DNA of 64,000 nt from Dicyema japonicum (Eukaryota; Animalia; Dicyemida): positions 31,377 through 95,376 of the forward strand of contig RDEW01000097.1 in assembly GCA_011109175.1 (NCBI GenBank), given 5' to 3'. Positions 49,840-62,499 of this stretch are shown one piece after another. The position numbers and the translations under genes were made by a program. The notes under the pieces are model-generated. The model was not told the DNA's origin and made no database searches. It saw nothing but the letters and a program-made list of their open reading frames with translations. Each line of letters starts with the position of its first letter. Position 1 is the stretch's first letter.

Positions 49840-50730
49840 TTTTTTTCAGTTAAAGTTAGCGGCGGATGAACTCATCACCAACGATGACTTCAGATGTATC
49901 GACAATCTCATTGACGCTGACTGCAATTTTAGCGGAATTTGCATCAAATATGGCAGATTTGGAAAAAAATGTCACAATTTTGGATCAATTTTAGCATCTT
50001 TTTGCATTCGATCACCGAGATTAGTTTGTTCAGTCGGTTATTTTCGCGATGTTCTTGAATCTGGGCATCAATAAGATATATAATCACTCTGTGATCTCGT
50101 TTGACGCTTCACAGAGAGCAGATTGGCTCCTGTGGGTATTGATCCCTTATTTATGAGGCCTTGACCTCCTATGCTGAGTTTTCCGTGATTAAAATTTTCT
50201 GTTACCGGTCCCAGGAAATACGGTGACTTTAATGCATAACTAGCTTGTGTCTAATTGAGCCGGATCCTCTATCTTATAACGTAGCCACGTGGTGAAGCTT
50301 GTTTTAGTGATTTTAGGTTTTTTCTGTTATTTGCAGTTCTGAGGATCCTCAGTTATTCAGTATTGAGTTCACAAATGTGGATATTCGAAGCTATATTTTT
50401 TTCTCCACGGTGTTTTTTTGATAATTCTGTAGGGATGTGGACGTGACTTTCCTTTTGGATGCCGTCCGTGCTTCATGTGACAGCGACATCCACGTGATGG
50501 CTAACCCCACTAACAGAGAATACAGAGACGATTGTCGCTGTATCTAATAGTAGTCCCATTCTGTGTTCAGGCAAAAGAGGAGATCGAGCGGATTTATTTG
50601 AAGGCGTTGAACCAAATTGATTGTACTGTGTGAAATTATTGTAGCTGAGAATGGAATTGAAGTTGTCAACAGATTCAACGCCAATGTGGCCTACAGGGGA
50701 GTGGTTCACAGGGGATTGGTAAGTAAAATG
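49840..50730 (+). pseudogene. DNAJC13: DNAJC13/RME-8 N-terminal fragment, unprocessed pseudogene with tiny introns
   Basis: Spliced: GICIKYGRFGKK^HLFAFDHRD*, LTSYAEFSVIKI, CLIEPDPLSYNVAT^VFSVICSSEDPQLFSIEF, R^D..TFLLDAVRASCDSDIHV, EEIERIYLKAL, VNRFNANVAYRGVVH, collinear with RME-8. Introns at 49971-49994, 50292-50316, 50410-50432, ~50550-50570 and 50623-50644. Several stops. Confidence 0.88.
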
Positions 50731-50789
50731 TACCTATATCTGTGTTCAGATCTCATTTGACCCAAATTTAGGAACTTGGATAAGAACCA

Positions 50790-50990
50790 TCTTTTTGAGG
50801 AGAAATGAGAGAATTAGTAAACACGGTCTCTGTCATATGAAATAATCCTCATTTGCTATGTTTGCTGGAACATCCAAGTCTATTCGTAAGATATGTCCAA
50901 ATAGCCTCCAACGCATACCTACACGTCGAGCAACATCTCTTATAACCCGAACAACTAGAAACCCTTGTTCTTAGAGATGAATTTCATTCA
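50790..50990 (-). mobile_element. RTE-clade fragment
   Basis: RWRLFGHILRIDLDVPANIA motif. Confidence 0.7.
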
Positions 50991-51115
50991 ATTGAATATC
51001 CATCCTATATAGTAATAATTACAAGGTTTTTAGTAAGAATTGAATTATAAAATATGTCAAGTAATCCTCGATAAATTAATTTTTGTCAAAAATTTTTTTA
51101 ATTTAATTTTAGGTT

Positions 51116-53465
51116 GTGATTATGCCTGTTGTGAGAAGAGCACCTGAAAGAATTTCGAAGAAAAAGGTACCAGCCAAGTCAACTGAGATGTGTTCGTCCT
51201 GTCAGCTTGTCAGAACTCGGAAGCGTGGGATCTCCTGCTCTGCTTGTGGAGATTTCTTCCACCTCGGGTGTATCAAGCTATCCCAAGCCGCAGCGATCGT
51301 GCTTGGAGTATGCCACTTCCAGTCATGCCCGGCCTATGCAGGGAGGTTCCCCGTGCCCGCGCCAATGTTAACTCTCCCGTTAATTACCTTTCAACTACGG
51401 ACCCTGAAACATTCTACGTCTCATCTCTGAATTACGTTCTTCACGGACTATCCTGTGAGGATTCACAAGGCCGTACGACCTGTTGCTGCAGAGTCCATTT
51501 CCAAAACGATCGAAGAGGCCCCCAGACTAACACAGTACATGATTGGATGCGCTTATTCAGTTTTGCGCTTTCCGCGCTGGGACTTGATCGAGATGGTCAC
51601 GGAAAGGAGTCTCTCTCTACCACCATGAGGACCAACATTCGTTCTTTTTGGGAAACATCCACATCCCCAGTTGTCTCGTGGCTTCTAACCATACGAGGGA
51701 GACACGTGGTCACAACTAGGGAGTCGAAGTGCTACATCTCAAGAGAACTGTCCGGTCGAAGTTAATCGAAGGTGGAACCCACTTTCCTCAAGTGGACCGA
51801 GAAAACCGACTTCCTACGCCTACAATATTTTACTGAACAAGTATCTTCTGCCACCCCACTATCTGCGTACACTCTCTCCCCCATTCGGAGTGAGTCGTCT
51901 GATTGCATCGAACAATAAAATTCTCCTCGCAAAATGTAATTTTTCCCCTAGTAGCTGTTGCGGGATCGACGGAATGAGACCTGGTCATCTGAAAGATCTA
52001 ACCTCTTTATCCATAGGAGACCAGGGATTTCGTCTCACGAATTCAATTACTTCAGTTATGAATCGGATCATGTCTGGAGTTCTTCACGAAGTTATCCGCC
52101 ATGTCCTGTTCTCCGTCAATTTGATAGCCTTTGATAAGAAGGGAGGAGAGAACGACCAATTGCGGCCTTCAGAAGACTGGCTGATAAAATTGCCTCCAGA
52201 CATTCTATTCCACTCGTCACAAAATTCTTGAACCCCCCTCAAGTAGGCGTCTGTATTCACTTGGAATGCGAGGCCGCTGTCCATTCAGTGAGAATTCATA
52301 AACCACAGTATAGAAGATTCCCGGGACATGTCCTGATCAAACTTGACATTAAGAACGCCGGGACAATATCCTGGAGGCGTGTGTTGAGAGATGCCCTAAT
52401 ATTATGAATTTGTGAATCACTCATACAGTCTATCTTCATCCTTACTTTTCGGGGACTACCAAATTTATTCGTATTCTGGAGTGCAACAGGTAGATCCCCC
52501 TTGGACCCTATTGTTTTGTCTTGCAATAGAGAAAATCACCAAACTTCCGTGCTCGCCCCTCAACTTATGGTATCTGGATGATGCGGTCTCCGGAGAACCC
52601 CCGGATACTGTTTTCCGGGATTTGGAAGAGATTATTCCAGCACTGTTGGAAGCTGAACTGAAATTAAATTACATTAAATGCGAAATCTACAATTGCGGAC
52701 TTTTTAGACGAGAAGTATTCAAAAGCTTTGTCATGCTTCGGAAATTTACTGCCTGGAAGTATTTCCACCCGATGAAGAACTGTATTTCTCGGATCCCCGA
52801 TCACCATAAATGCAATGGGAAGAGCTATACGTGAAAAACGACTGTACTCGGAGAGACTCTGAACCGCTTGTGTCTACTTGATATGCATACAGCATTATTA
52901 CTCCTGAAAAACAGTCTCAACATACAGAGGCTTGCATATGTCCTGAGGACTGCTCCTATTTCACTCTGTATGACCAACTAGCACAGATTAACGAGATCTT
53001 CCATACGACAGCGGAGAGTATTTTCAACGTCCGGTTCGAGGATTACTCATGGAAGCAAGCCACGCTGCCAGTGAGACTCGGAGGACTTGAATTCGGAACC
53101 CTGTGGACCTTTCTCTTCTTTCATACCTATCATCACTAGTGGGCTGTAGCTCCCATATCAAGAGGATCCTACACTCCCTACCCGAATCCTCAATTGACCA
53201 AGACATAACCCACGCACGAGAAGCCTGGAATGCCAACCAGCCTCTCCTGCCTCTTTCACAAGACTGTCAGCGAAACCTGGACAATTTAATGTGCTGAAAT
53301 CATTTGGATTCTTACTGGAAACAGCCAATCCACCGACGCGCTTGTTTGTTTCGCGGGGCTTCCCCTGGAGCGGAGCTTGGCTAAACGCCATTCCAAATGG
53401 AGCTCTGGTACTTTTCTGGATATGAATGCGTTAGAAGTGGTATCTCTCTGCGGCGCTGGGTCAAA
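51116..53465 (+). mobile_element. CRE-clade non-LTR retrotransposon with N-terminal PHD finger, degraded, 3'-truncated
   Basis: CSSC...CSACGDFFHLGC...(W.C..C) PHD. RT motifs GIDGMRPGHLKDL, LIAFDKKGG, KLDIKNA, SGVQQ.DP..TLLFCLAI, WYLDD; then QATLPVRLGGL and SGAWLNAIP. Confidence 0.88.
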
Positions 53466-54934
53466 AAATAACCAAGTCTCTTTCTTTCATTGAGAATTCT
53501 CCTTATCTCAATTTCATGGATAAATTCACATTCTATCTCAAAAATTGACCTGGCAGAAATACAGTCAAAAATATCAAAAATAAACAAAATATCGGAATAA
53601 AGTAGACATAAGCAACAACCAGGTTTGACGTTGAAAAAACAAAATTAAAAAAAATCTATAAGTCAGTCAAAATCTATCAATCATAAATGATGTTTTGTCT
53701 TCCATTAAAACGATGGATCACTCAGGCTAGTAGTTTTTTTTCTACCAAAAACGGCAGATTTTTTTCCATATTAGATCAAAGACAAATATTGACCATTTCG
53801 GTTTCAGTAAACTAACCAAACACATTTCCGACAAATATATTTGAATTTCGTAATTTCTTCATAATTGAGAGTAGCATATTGAAATGATAAATCTCTTGTT
53901 TTTCTTTTTTCATTATAATAAATAAATAATAATTAATTAACAAAGCCATCCATCCAAAGTTGACCCGGTCGACATTATCGACGTTGCATTGCCTCTCACG
54001 ATTGCAACAGAGATCATCTGTGTTAATTAATTATTAATTATTTATTTGTTGATTTGAAAAAAAATTTATTAATTTTTTAAATTTAAAATTTATGTGGGCC
54101 TCCTGATAAGCTGTTAAAATTAAACAATCTATCAAGACACGTAGAAATATTCTTGTGAAATGCTAAAGAAACTGAACTTACTAAAAAGTTTATCGGGAAT
54201 ATGGAAGATTGGTAATTATCCGGTCCGATGAAAGCTTACAGACAGTATATCGAGCCACGTTTCTCATAGGGATGCGCCTCGTGGGGACCGTTATACTATC
54301 TTGGATAAATATGATGAAGATCGAGGAAAAGTAAAAAAATGGCTTTCAGAGTAACCGGAGCGTATGATTTATGGATATCACTGAACTGGACCAACGCTTC
54401 TGGAGACCCCTATGAAACTAGACTACAGAATGCGCCCTAGTAAATAAGTCAGCCGTCCTTTACAGTGATACGTAGAGACAAGGAAGGACACCGGGAAAAG
54501 ATGAGGTCACTGTTGGAACTCATCGGAATCACATTATAATGAGTTTGGTTTTATCGTGTTCTGTGTTGCTAAATAAATAATTACATAACTTTACCATGAA
54601 GTTTTAGACCATTTTACATTTCTGAGAAATGTCTCACTTGACGGGATTCAATGTTTATAGGGTTTTCCCGATCAATATCGTAACTTACTAATCATTACAT
54701 AGTATAAGGGTAATATATTTTTGGATAAAGAACAACTATACAAACGTAGACAGTTCTCTTCGCTAACAGGTGGCTACATGAAAACCTGTCATATCTCTGG
54801 ATGGTCGGCTCTTGGTTATGACATTAAAGTGCATTAAATACGCTTCTCCATGGTAAGGTATAAGAGTAAGTCGATTAATAGTTTATTATTCAATGTTAAA
54901 AAATTTTAATGTTAGAAATAAAAACTCGTGGTTA

Positions 54935-56272
54935 TGTATGTCAACCTGTGTAAAAATTCGAAAATGGAAAGAAGGCTATGTTGAATATGGTTTTACGAAG
55001 ATAATTATTGATAGAGTCGATAGACCCCATAATTCTCATTCGAGCTAAACGGACATTTTAAATCTATTCACGGGGATGTCAAAACGTTCAGGAAATGATC
55101 TTGAATGTTTAACGGCTAAAAAGTCACGATATCCAAGGAACGCTTCCGAAGCTTGGATTTACTTGCATTGACAAACCGTTACTTTTGGTGTCATTAAAAG
55201 GAGCAAATGAAATTGCGAAATCAAAGAAGACACATAATATTGCAAAGACTCTTATTAAACTGTGAAATGGTGAAAGCAGTTCTGGGTCCAGACGCCTCTC
55301 GAAAAATGTAGCAGATTTCTTTGTCAAATAATTGTATCCAGGATCGAATTAACTGCATCAGTGACGATATTCTTAAACAATTTGTTTCGGACATAAAGAC
55401 TTCTTGTATCAAAATTTCAATCCAGTTTGATAAATCTATCGATGTTGATAATTGCAGTCAACTAATTGGCTTTGTTTTTTATGTACAATAAAATTTAATT
55501 GCGGAGAGTTTTTTTTGCTAACCTATCGAAACAGAAACTCTGGAAACAATTTTTCTATATAATTGAGACTTTTTTGATGAACAAGATATTCCATTGGAAA
55601 TTATCGGGTTAATTTGCACAAAGGGTGCTCCAGTTATGCGAAGAAACAGGTCGGGGTTTGCAGCCCATTTGAGAAAACATGTTCCAAATGTTAACAGTTA
55701 CTTACTACATCAGTCATCGCATGCGCTCATATCGACTCTTTGTTGATTAAGTTGAAAGATATCTTAATTTCGTGTGTCAAAATCGTGAATTTTATTCGAA
55801 GGGCTTTGAATCATAAACTGTTCGAAGCATTATGTGTTGATACGGACGCTACTGTTCTTTTGTATCATACCGATGTTAGATGGCTGTCACGAGGTCGTAT
55901 TTGTACAAATTTTTTTCTCAGAGTTGAAATCGAACAATGTGTACGTCTCAAATTCTTTGGAAGTTTTTTGGCGCGGTTGGCAAGTTGATTCCTGCAAAAT
56001 AGCACTGCAAGTTCTGGTTCCATTTTCAACAACTTGGTTGTGTAAATCGGGATTTTCACTATATATAAAAAATAAGTATCGAAACGCTCTTAACCCTGAA
56101 AACGATCTCCGAATTGCACTATCAAACAAAAAACTACGTTTAGAAGAATTTAAACTAAAAGGCAGGAAATTTTTTAATAAAATTCGAATTCTGTTAGATT
56201 TAAATTCAAGGATGTGAGGTTGGTTTTTAAAATTTTGGGGATGTGAACTCAAAACGAATGTGGAAGCGCTGC
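54935..56272 (+). mobile_element. hAT Buster/ZBED8-like transposase relic, internally deleted
   Basis: KWKEGYVEYGF, ISLSNN.IQDRI, ISIQFDKSIDV.NCSQL, ICT.GAP.M, LLYHTDVRWLSRG, LVPFSTTWLCKSGFS...KNKYRNAL..ENDLRIALS. Confidence 0.85.
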
Positions 56273-58749
56273 TCTAAGCCCACAAAAATCCAATTACCTG
56301 TGTGGCACTCACCCCCAGGTTAATGGAACTCATATATGGGAAGTTTGTGTTGATTTGTATTTTATATACTCATCGGTAGTGTAAAAAAGGACTGAATAAA
56401 CTAATTCCCTGGATATCATAGGAGAGGTAATGTGTTCGATGATGAATGTGACAGCAATTTCCTCCGTTTGTTAGATACCATTTATTGTCAGTAAGGCATT
56501 TTTTTGGCTAAGAATGTCGTAGCTTTGCAAGTTGCATCGATTATGCTTCTCTCGGATTAGTATTGTGTTGCATAGATATTTTGCCTTGATAAGTAACTGG
56601 TAGAGAATAATTGCACTGTGATGTGCCAGCTAACACGTGGATTTGTCTGATTTAATATTGTATTATGGAACATAAATATGCTGTTGAGGAGGTTTATGTG
56701 TACTCTAAACGTGCTTGAACTATTTCCCATTCAGTTAGGGATGATTTCAATTGAATAATTGATGCTACTCTAACAGAGAATTAATAGAGCATTTTTTATA
56801 TCATAAAATTATTATTATTCTTCTAATATGGTCTTAACAATTTACTAAGAAAGACTAAATAAAGTTATAATTTTATTAAACAATAGAAGTCAAGTAGTTG
56901 CCGCCCTCACTGCGTGCTGTTCCTCTCAAAATTGCGAGCGAAATTCGCTCAAATAGCCAGCGGCGTTCACGGAGATCTCCAGTGCATGAGGTGATCCAAC
57001 CCGACCTGTTTAATAAAATTTAAATAATAAAAAAAAAGTTATAATTTTTATAATTAAATGTTCTACATCTAAAAAGCAACAACAAATTTTTCTGGCTTCT
57101 CTTTCGCTAAGCAAAAAAAACTGAGAATGGTACCAGGATAGTCGGAAATTGGATCTTCTTACTCAAAAATACACATTTTTTAAAATTTCTTCCTAAGAAC
57201 AACTGTCACCAGCTCTGCTATGGATTTTGTAGTCTTTTCTAAAATGAGTATCCAAACAAATCGCTAATTTCACTCTAATACTGGAATATGAACTCCCAAT
57301 GTTACAATCTGACTTCACCACTCACAATGACGCGTTTATGTCTGAGGAACAACTACATGGAAAAGTATTTTCCTGAATACTCGAAGACACCATTTCATGA
57401 TCACAGAATCCTTCTTCAAAATATACCCCTTTTTCGAAACTAAGGTATTTGTTGTCGACTGCTCTCCGAGATTTCCAAATTGGAAGAAATTCCAGGTGCA
57501 TTCGTGAGAACTAGATAAATACCTATCCCTTTAGATTCACATCCCAGAACCGCCGGTCATAAAACAGGACACCAAAATATCTTAGACAACTAAAACTTGT
57601 GCATAACATGAAATTCAGTTTCTTTTTGGAATGCTCAATCCATTTTTAAAAGAGGAGATGGAAAAGGAAGTCCTACATTCTTCAAACTAGTTTTGTAGTC
57701 CAAAAGGATCGCACACAACACGACATCCTTTTTGACAACCCTTTTCTCCACGAGTAACTTTCAACCTTGTATGAGACCTCAACTCTTTTAATAAAAAACT
57801 TATTTAATTATGTTGGTAGTACGAAACGGAGTTAACTGTGGCGTTGAGGACGATTTTGTTATCTTAACAAAAATATTGTTTACGTACATATTTCCAAAAT
57901 AATTAACAATTTAATTAAATATTATATAAAAAAAAGTTTAATTTAATTAACAAAATAATAAAATACCGCCACTATTTTTGAGTTTGTGATGGACAATTTA
58001 GCTTCTCAGCGTTAGTAATTTTTCTTGAGAATAATTATTTTTAGAAAAAAAACTAGACGACACAATGATAATTAAAAAAATGTCAGTTTTCATCCGGATA
58101 TAACGACCCCAAAACCCGAGACGGATTTGACGTATCACACTGTGAATATTACTGAAAGGTCCATTAAACCCTTATATAAGAGAAAAAAGGAGAAAACTCT
58201 TTTAAACTACGAATTAATTGACATTATTTCATGCGGTAATTTCTTTTGCCTGAGAAGATTGATCCTTCGAAATTCGACACAGGTCTAAATATAGTGTGAG
58301 CATGGCTGATTATTGTCATGTTTGAGGTTTGAATTTATTTATGGATTTTAATATGCAACATGGGAGACGCGTTACGCATGGAAAGCCTGTGACACTTTTT
58401 ACATTGAAAAGTAAACTTTGATTATCCGACATTTAATTTTTTATATCCGGTTCCTATCCTAATTTCTATCAAATTCATGTTAGATTATTTTATTCATAAA
58501 CGTTATGATTATAAAGATTTTATTTTTTATAGCGGCAAACCTAAATTTCTAGCGTGATATTTAGTGTGAAAGATTATTTTGTTGTATTGTGTTCTTACAA
58601 TGGTTCTGTATGAAATTTTAAAAGATGCTTTGAATAATAAAATTCCCGAAAATCTTTCCGAGGCATTGTTATGAAGATAGGGAATTTTTTATATTATCAA
58701 TAAAAGGTATTGTAAGTGTGCAATAAATGTACAGATCTTAAGTGGGCTG

Positions 58750-59470
58750 ATCTGAAGTTAGTCATGTCCCTGGAGAATGAAACCGAAATGGAGATAATGG
58801 CGAAATCATTACACGTGTATTCACATGGAGAGTAAATAAAATTGAGTATAAATATCGACAAAGATACCTCACTTTCAAAGAATGAGATTATCAGACAAGT
58901 AATTTGAAAATTGTTAAGTTTGAAAAATTTTCGCGTTTTTTTAAAGTAAAGATTTCTTTTAATTGTAGATTTGAGATATAAATCACAATGTGTTTACTTC
59001 TTGTCCAAATAAACGTTTTCAGATAGATCTCATAGATGTGAAGATATTTTAAAACAATAAACCAAAATTTCAATTGATTTTAACGGTCACTGACATATAT
59101 AGTAGGTTAGCTTTTTTAACAATTTTTTTTTATAGATTCGCATTTGTCAGGCACTCTCTAATAAGTCTGGAAAGGAAATGTTGAAATCTAAAATCCTTGT
59201 TTACCTGAATGGGCCGTGCAAATTTCTTTCAGTCAGACATATTAAGTCTGAATTCAGAAATCGAGAAATAACAAAACTTTTCACTGATTTCAACGTCAAG
59301 CAAATTCACGGAAGACCTAACAATTCTCGGGCATAAGGGACGTCGAAAGATTGAATCAAAGATAACGAGAAAATTGTCCAAAATGCTGGATAACAGTGAA
59401 AAAAGTGGCTTGATAAGTTAGAAAATGCTATGTACTGTACATTTATTTTCTAACGCAAGTCCTTTCGAAA
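58750..59470 (+). mobile_element. Gypsy-like DDE integrase relic (Ginger/GIN/KRBA2-type) with an intron
   Basis: H...HG Zn-binding start; RFQIDLID; LILTVTDIYSR^FAFVR across a 30-nt GT-AG intron (59106-59135); QSD..SEFRN; HGRPNNSRA*GDVERLNQ; SPFE. Confidence 0.8.
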
Positions 59471-60544
59471 GATATCGAGGAATAAAGGGAATAAATTCAA
59501 TAATTCAAAATTACACATATATCACATTATATCTTAGATAATTTAAGTGATGAGTGTGTGATTCCAGAGCAAATGGAGGATTCAGTTAATTGTCCCGACT
59601 CTATTCAAAATTCACGTAATTCGGTTTAAAATCTGATTTAGAAATATTATGAACTCGAAAATGAAGCGAAAGATCTGACAAAAAAAGATTCAGACTAAAA
59701 TCTCAGAGATTGGTTTATCTAAAGACATGAATTCTGATAATGAGACCTTTTTATTATTTTAGAATTAGCTGTGATTTTATAAATGAAGAGAAACTTTCTG
59801 CTATCAAACGTTTACTTATAATTTTTTGATTTCTTCCTTATTGAAATCAGTGTACCGAGTATCAGAGTTTATCAATTTGTAATTTTTTAGTATATCTTTT
59901 ATTATGACTGCCTGTGTGGATTTGTTAAATAAATGTGATTGGGATATGCCTACGCTGTATTGTCAGTCTGCTCAAACTTCATACGGAGTCCTACTGACCA
60001 CCTTTAACAATTTAGACACTAATGAAGAGTTTTAATTTTGTTTTTTTTCAGTTAATTTAAACAATTTATTTAGAGGAAAAAGTGACAAATGGTCATATAG
60101 CGGCCGCCCTACAGTGTGGTTGTTCCCTTTCAGGATGGCGAGCGAGATTCGCTCAAATAACCAGCACCGCTCGCTAATTATAAAATAGTTTTGTTTTTTT
60201 ATTTGATTTTTTGTTAAACATTATGCAAAAGTTATTAACAAATCGGAAAACCCTGTAAATAGCGGGTTCTTTCGTTGTGGTGAGATATTACGAAAAAATA
60301 TTATTAACTATTCCTAAGAGTTCTGAATGTTCCAAAAAATTGGCTAAGTTTTGGTAATATAAAAATAGACGTGTTTATCCATTTTAAATTTTAGAATCTT
60401 CCTGTCAATAAACAAATGACTAATTCTAGTGATTTAACTGGCTGCTCTCATGATTGAACACGCATTTTCTTCTTCGTTTATCGACCCAGTTATTTTTCTC
60501 TTTTATCTTCCTTTCTTCCACGAAATAAGATGGATAGCAAGAAA

Positions 60545-61100
60545 GTCATGATCCGATCACCCTGATGTCACGTCCGCGAAGGGTTTGAAAACGAAAGTCC
60601 TCTCACCGCATGCAGACTTTCTAGACGCATAAACACAAGCATGCGGTGACGCCTAAGGGAATTGAATGCATTGTAGATGTCTTACTTAATGAATTGAATG
60701 CATTGGCCTTACATCATGAAAGACACTAGCGCCCAGCTGGGTTGGAGCAACCTCCTAACTCAAACGGTTACTTACAACACTCAATGAAATCTTAGATGCT
60801 AAATAAATTCATTACTATTGGATCACATATCGATTTGTTGATGCTTGTAGAAGAGCGCTGCAGAAAAGGACTCTCGCTAAGGGATCGATAGCAGCATTGA
60901 TTAGTCTGTTGTAATAGTTTCGTCCCGCCTCATTAGCGCTTCCTGAGATAAGATATTTTAAATCCCTAGTGCGTAAAACATCAATCCAGACACAGCTTAA
61001 GCTGCCGAAAGATCGAATTCCAGTAACAAACGCGCAGTGTAACGAGTGTCGGGCAAAGGCCTGATGGCCCTTCATACGAATCTCGCTGCTGTGCTTTTGG
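60545..61100 (-). mobile_element. Degraded CRE-clade RT fragment
   Basis: GIRSF..LSC..ID.LR.R.LK.LISG, PTQLG, DIYNAFNSLRR, HQGD. Confidence 0.65.
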
Positions 61101-61105
61101 TAACC

Positions 61106-61650
61106 GGTAAATTCACCGCTGGTAAATCAAGGGACCTCGTGGACAGGTTCCTAGATAGAAGAAGTCGATTTTTTGATTTTTTATATAGTTAAAATTCAAT
61201 TTTGGAAATTAATTTGACAATAGGAGTCAGGTAGGACGTGTGATAAGAATGAAAGATGGGGACCTACTTCTCCACCTCTCTTTAGAAGCGAAGCCTGTAA
61301 TGGATTATTGGAGGATGATTTGGTCGTCACGAGGATACGTTGCTGGCCAAAAATAAATAACAAAGTTTGACCTTTTAGTTTTAATCAATAATCAGTAGAT
61401 AATTAATAATTTTCATATCACTTTAACAAATATACACACCCACATGGTCCAAATCGTTAATTAGAACCAAATAATTTTTGGAGAATTGAACTTTTTGATT
61501 TTCTTCTATCTTAGAAATCTGCCACGTGACTCATATCGTTCAATAAATCTCCAAAATTACATTAACGATAATATAAAAATCAAAATTTCCACCTCTTCTA
61601 TCAAGAACCCACCCACGTGGTCCCTTGACTTTACCAGCGATGAAATTACC
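61106..61650. mobile_element. MITE/foldback-like element with ~125 bp imperfect TIRs
   Basis: 61106-61230 (ggtaaattcaccgctggtaaatcaagggacc...) is the inverted match of ~61525-61650. It contains a copy of the 13570/33120 repeat. Confidence 0.75.
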
Positions 61651-61664
61651 TAGAACCATAATTT

Positions 61665-61890
61665 CCGGCTGAAAGTTCAACGCGTATAAGATGCCTTGGC
61701 TTGACGAGTGACGCCATCATCAGTGACCAATTCAATGCGGAACTGGATCGTCATAAATGACTCACACGCTAAAAAAGAAAAAAGAATTGAAGAATTCTTT
61801 GCTTTTTTCTACGATTAGTTATCACAACATTTTGCATAAATTGTTTTGTCCTGTCCGTGAGGAGGTTCTTCGTAAAATGCCATATTATTA
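61665..61890 (+). mobile_element. Diverged SINE family A-related copy
   Basis: Core ggcttgacgagtgacgccatcatcagtg...tgcggaactgga, ttctacgattagtta and a TATTA tail. Confidence 0.65.
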
Positions 61891-62499
61891 ACTGACTCCT
61901 CTAAAATAACATTCATTGAAATACAACTAGATATAACAACACAATATGGTCCTATTACGTCACGATATGCTTCCAGAGATGTTGTACATGGTTGAGGCCG
62001 AAAGAGGCAAAATTTGACTCAATCACTTAGAGGGTGATGAGGATATTCCCTTCGATATTTTTCGTTTTGTTCTTTTCTGGAGATTATTGATTTGGGGAAC
62101 TCCATACTATTCTCACGTCCACGTAAGGAGATACCGTAATTCGTATGCAAGGTCTTCAGATTAGATGTGATAAAGGAGTTGCATTAATCCAGATTATTGA
62201 ATTAATATAGGAGGAAGGAATATTGATTAGAAAAAAGCAGCGAAAAGAGGATCAGATCTTATTGATGTCCAGGTGAAAAAGCAGGATCAATTAGGTATAA
62301 ATAAGAGTTTCTACAGCAATGATCCTCGTGGTTAAAAGATGCGGATGGGGATTTTCATCCTCGATCTCAGAACTTTGATGAGGAAGGTATTATTCTGAAA
62401 ATCTACGAATTCCTGTGAAATAACCCTTAGAGTGCTTAACGACTTTTTCTATAAAAACGATGATTATTTTTCAATATTAATCTTTCAGAAACATTTCCC

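Larger units (their letters stand above)
49689..53981. mobile_element. Segment bounded by ~38 bp inverted repeats (putative TIR element)
   Basis: tcgataatgtcggcggggtccactttggatggatggc (49689-49725) versus the reverse complement of gccatccatccaaagttgacccggtcgacattatcga (53945-53981). No TSD recognised. Confidence 0.55.

Noticed and set aside
57100-57800. Possible Gypsy pol relic on the minus strand
   Set aside because: Only vague motif echoes; not supportable without a search.
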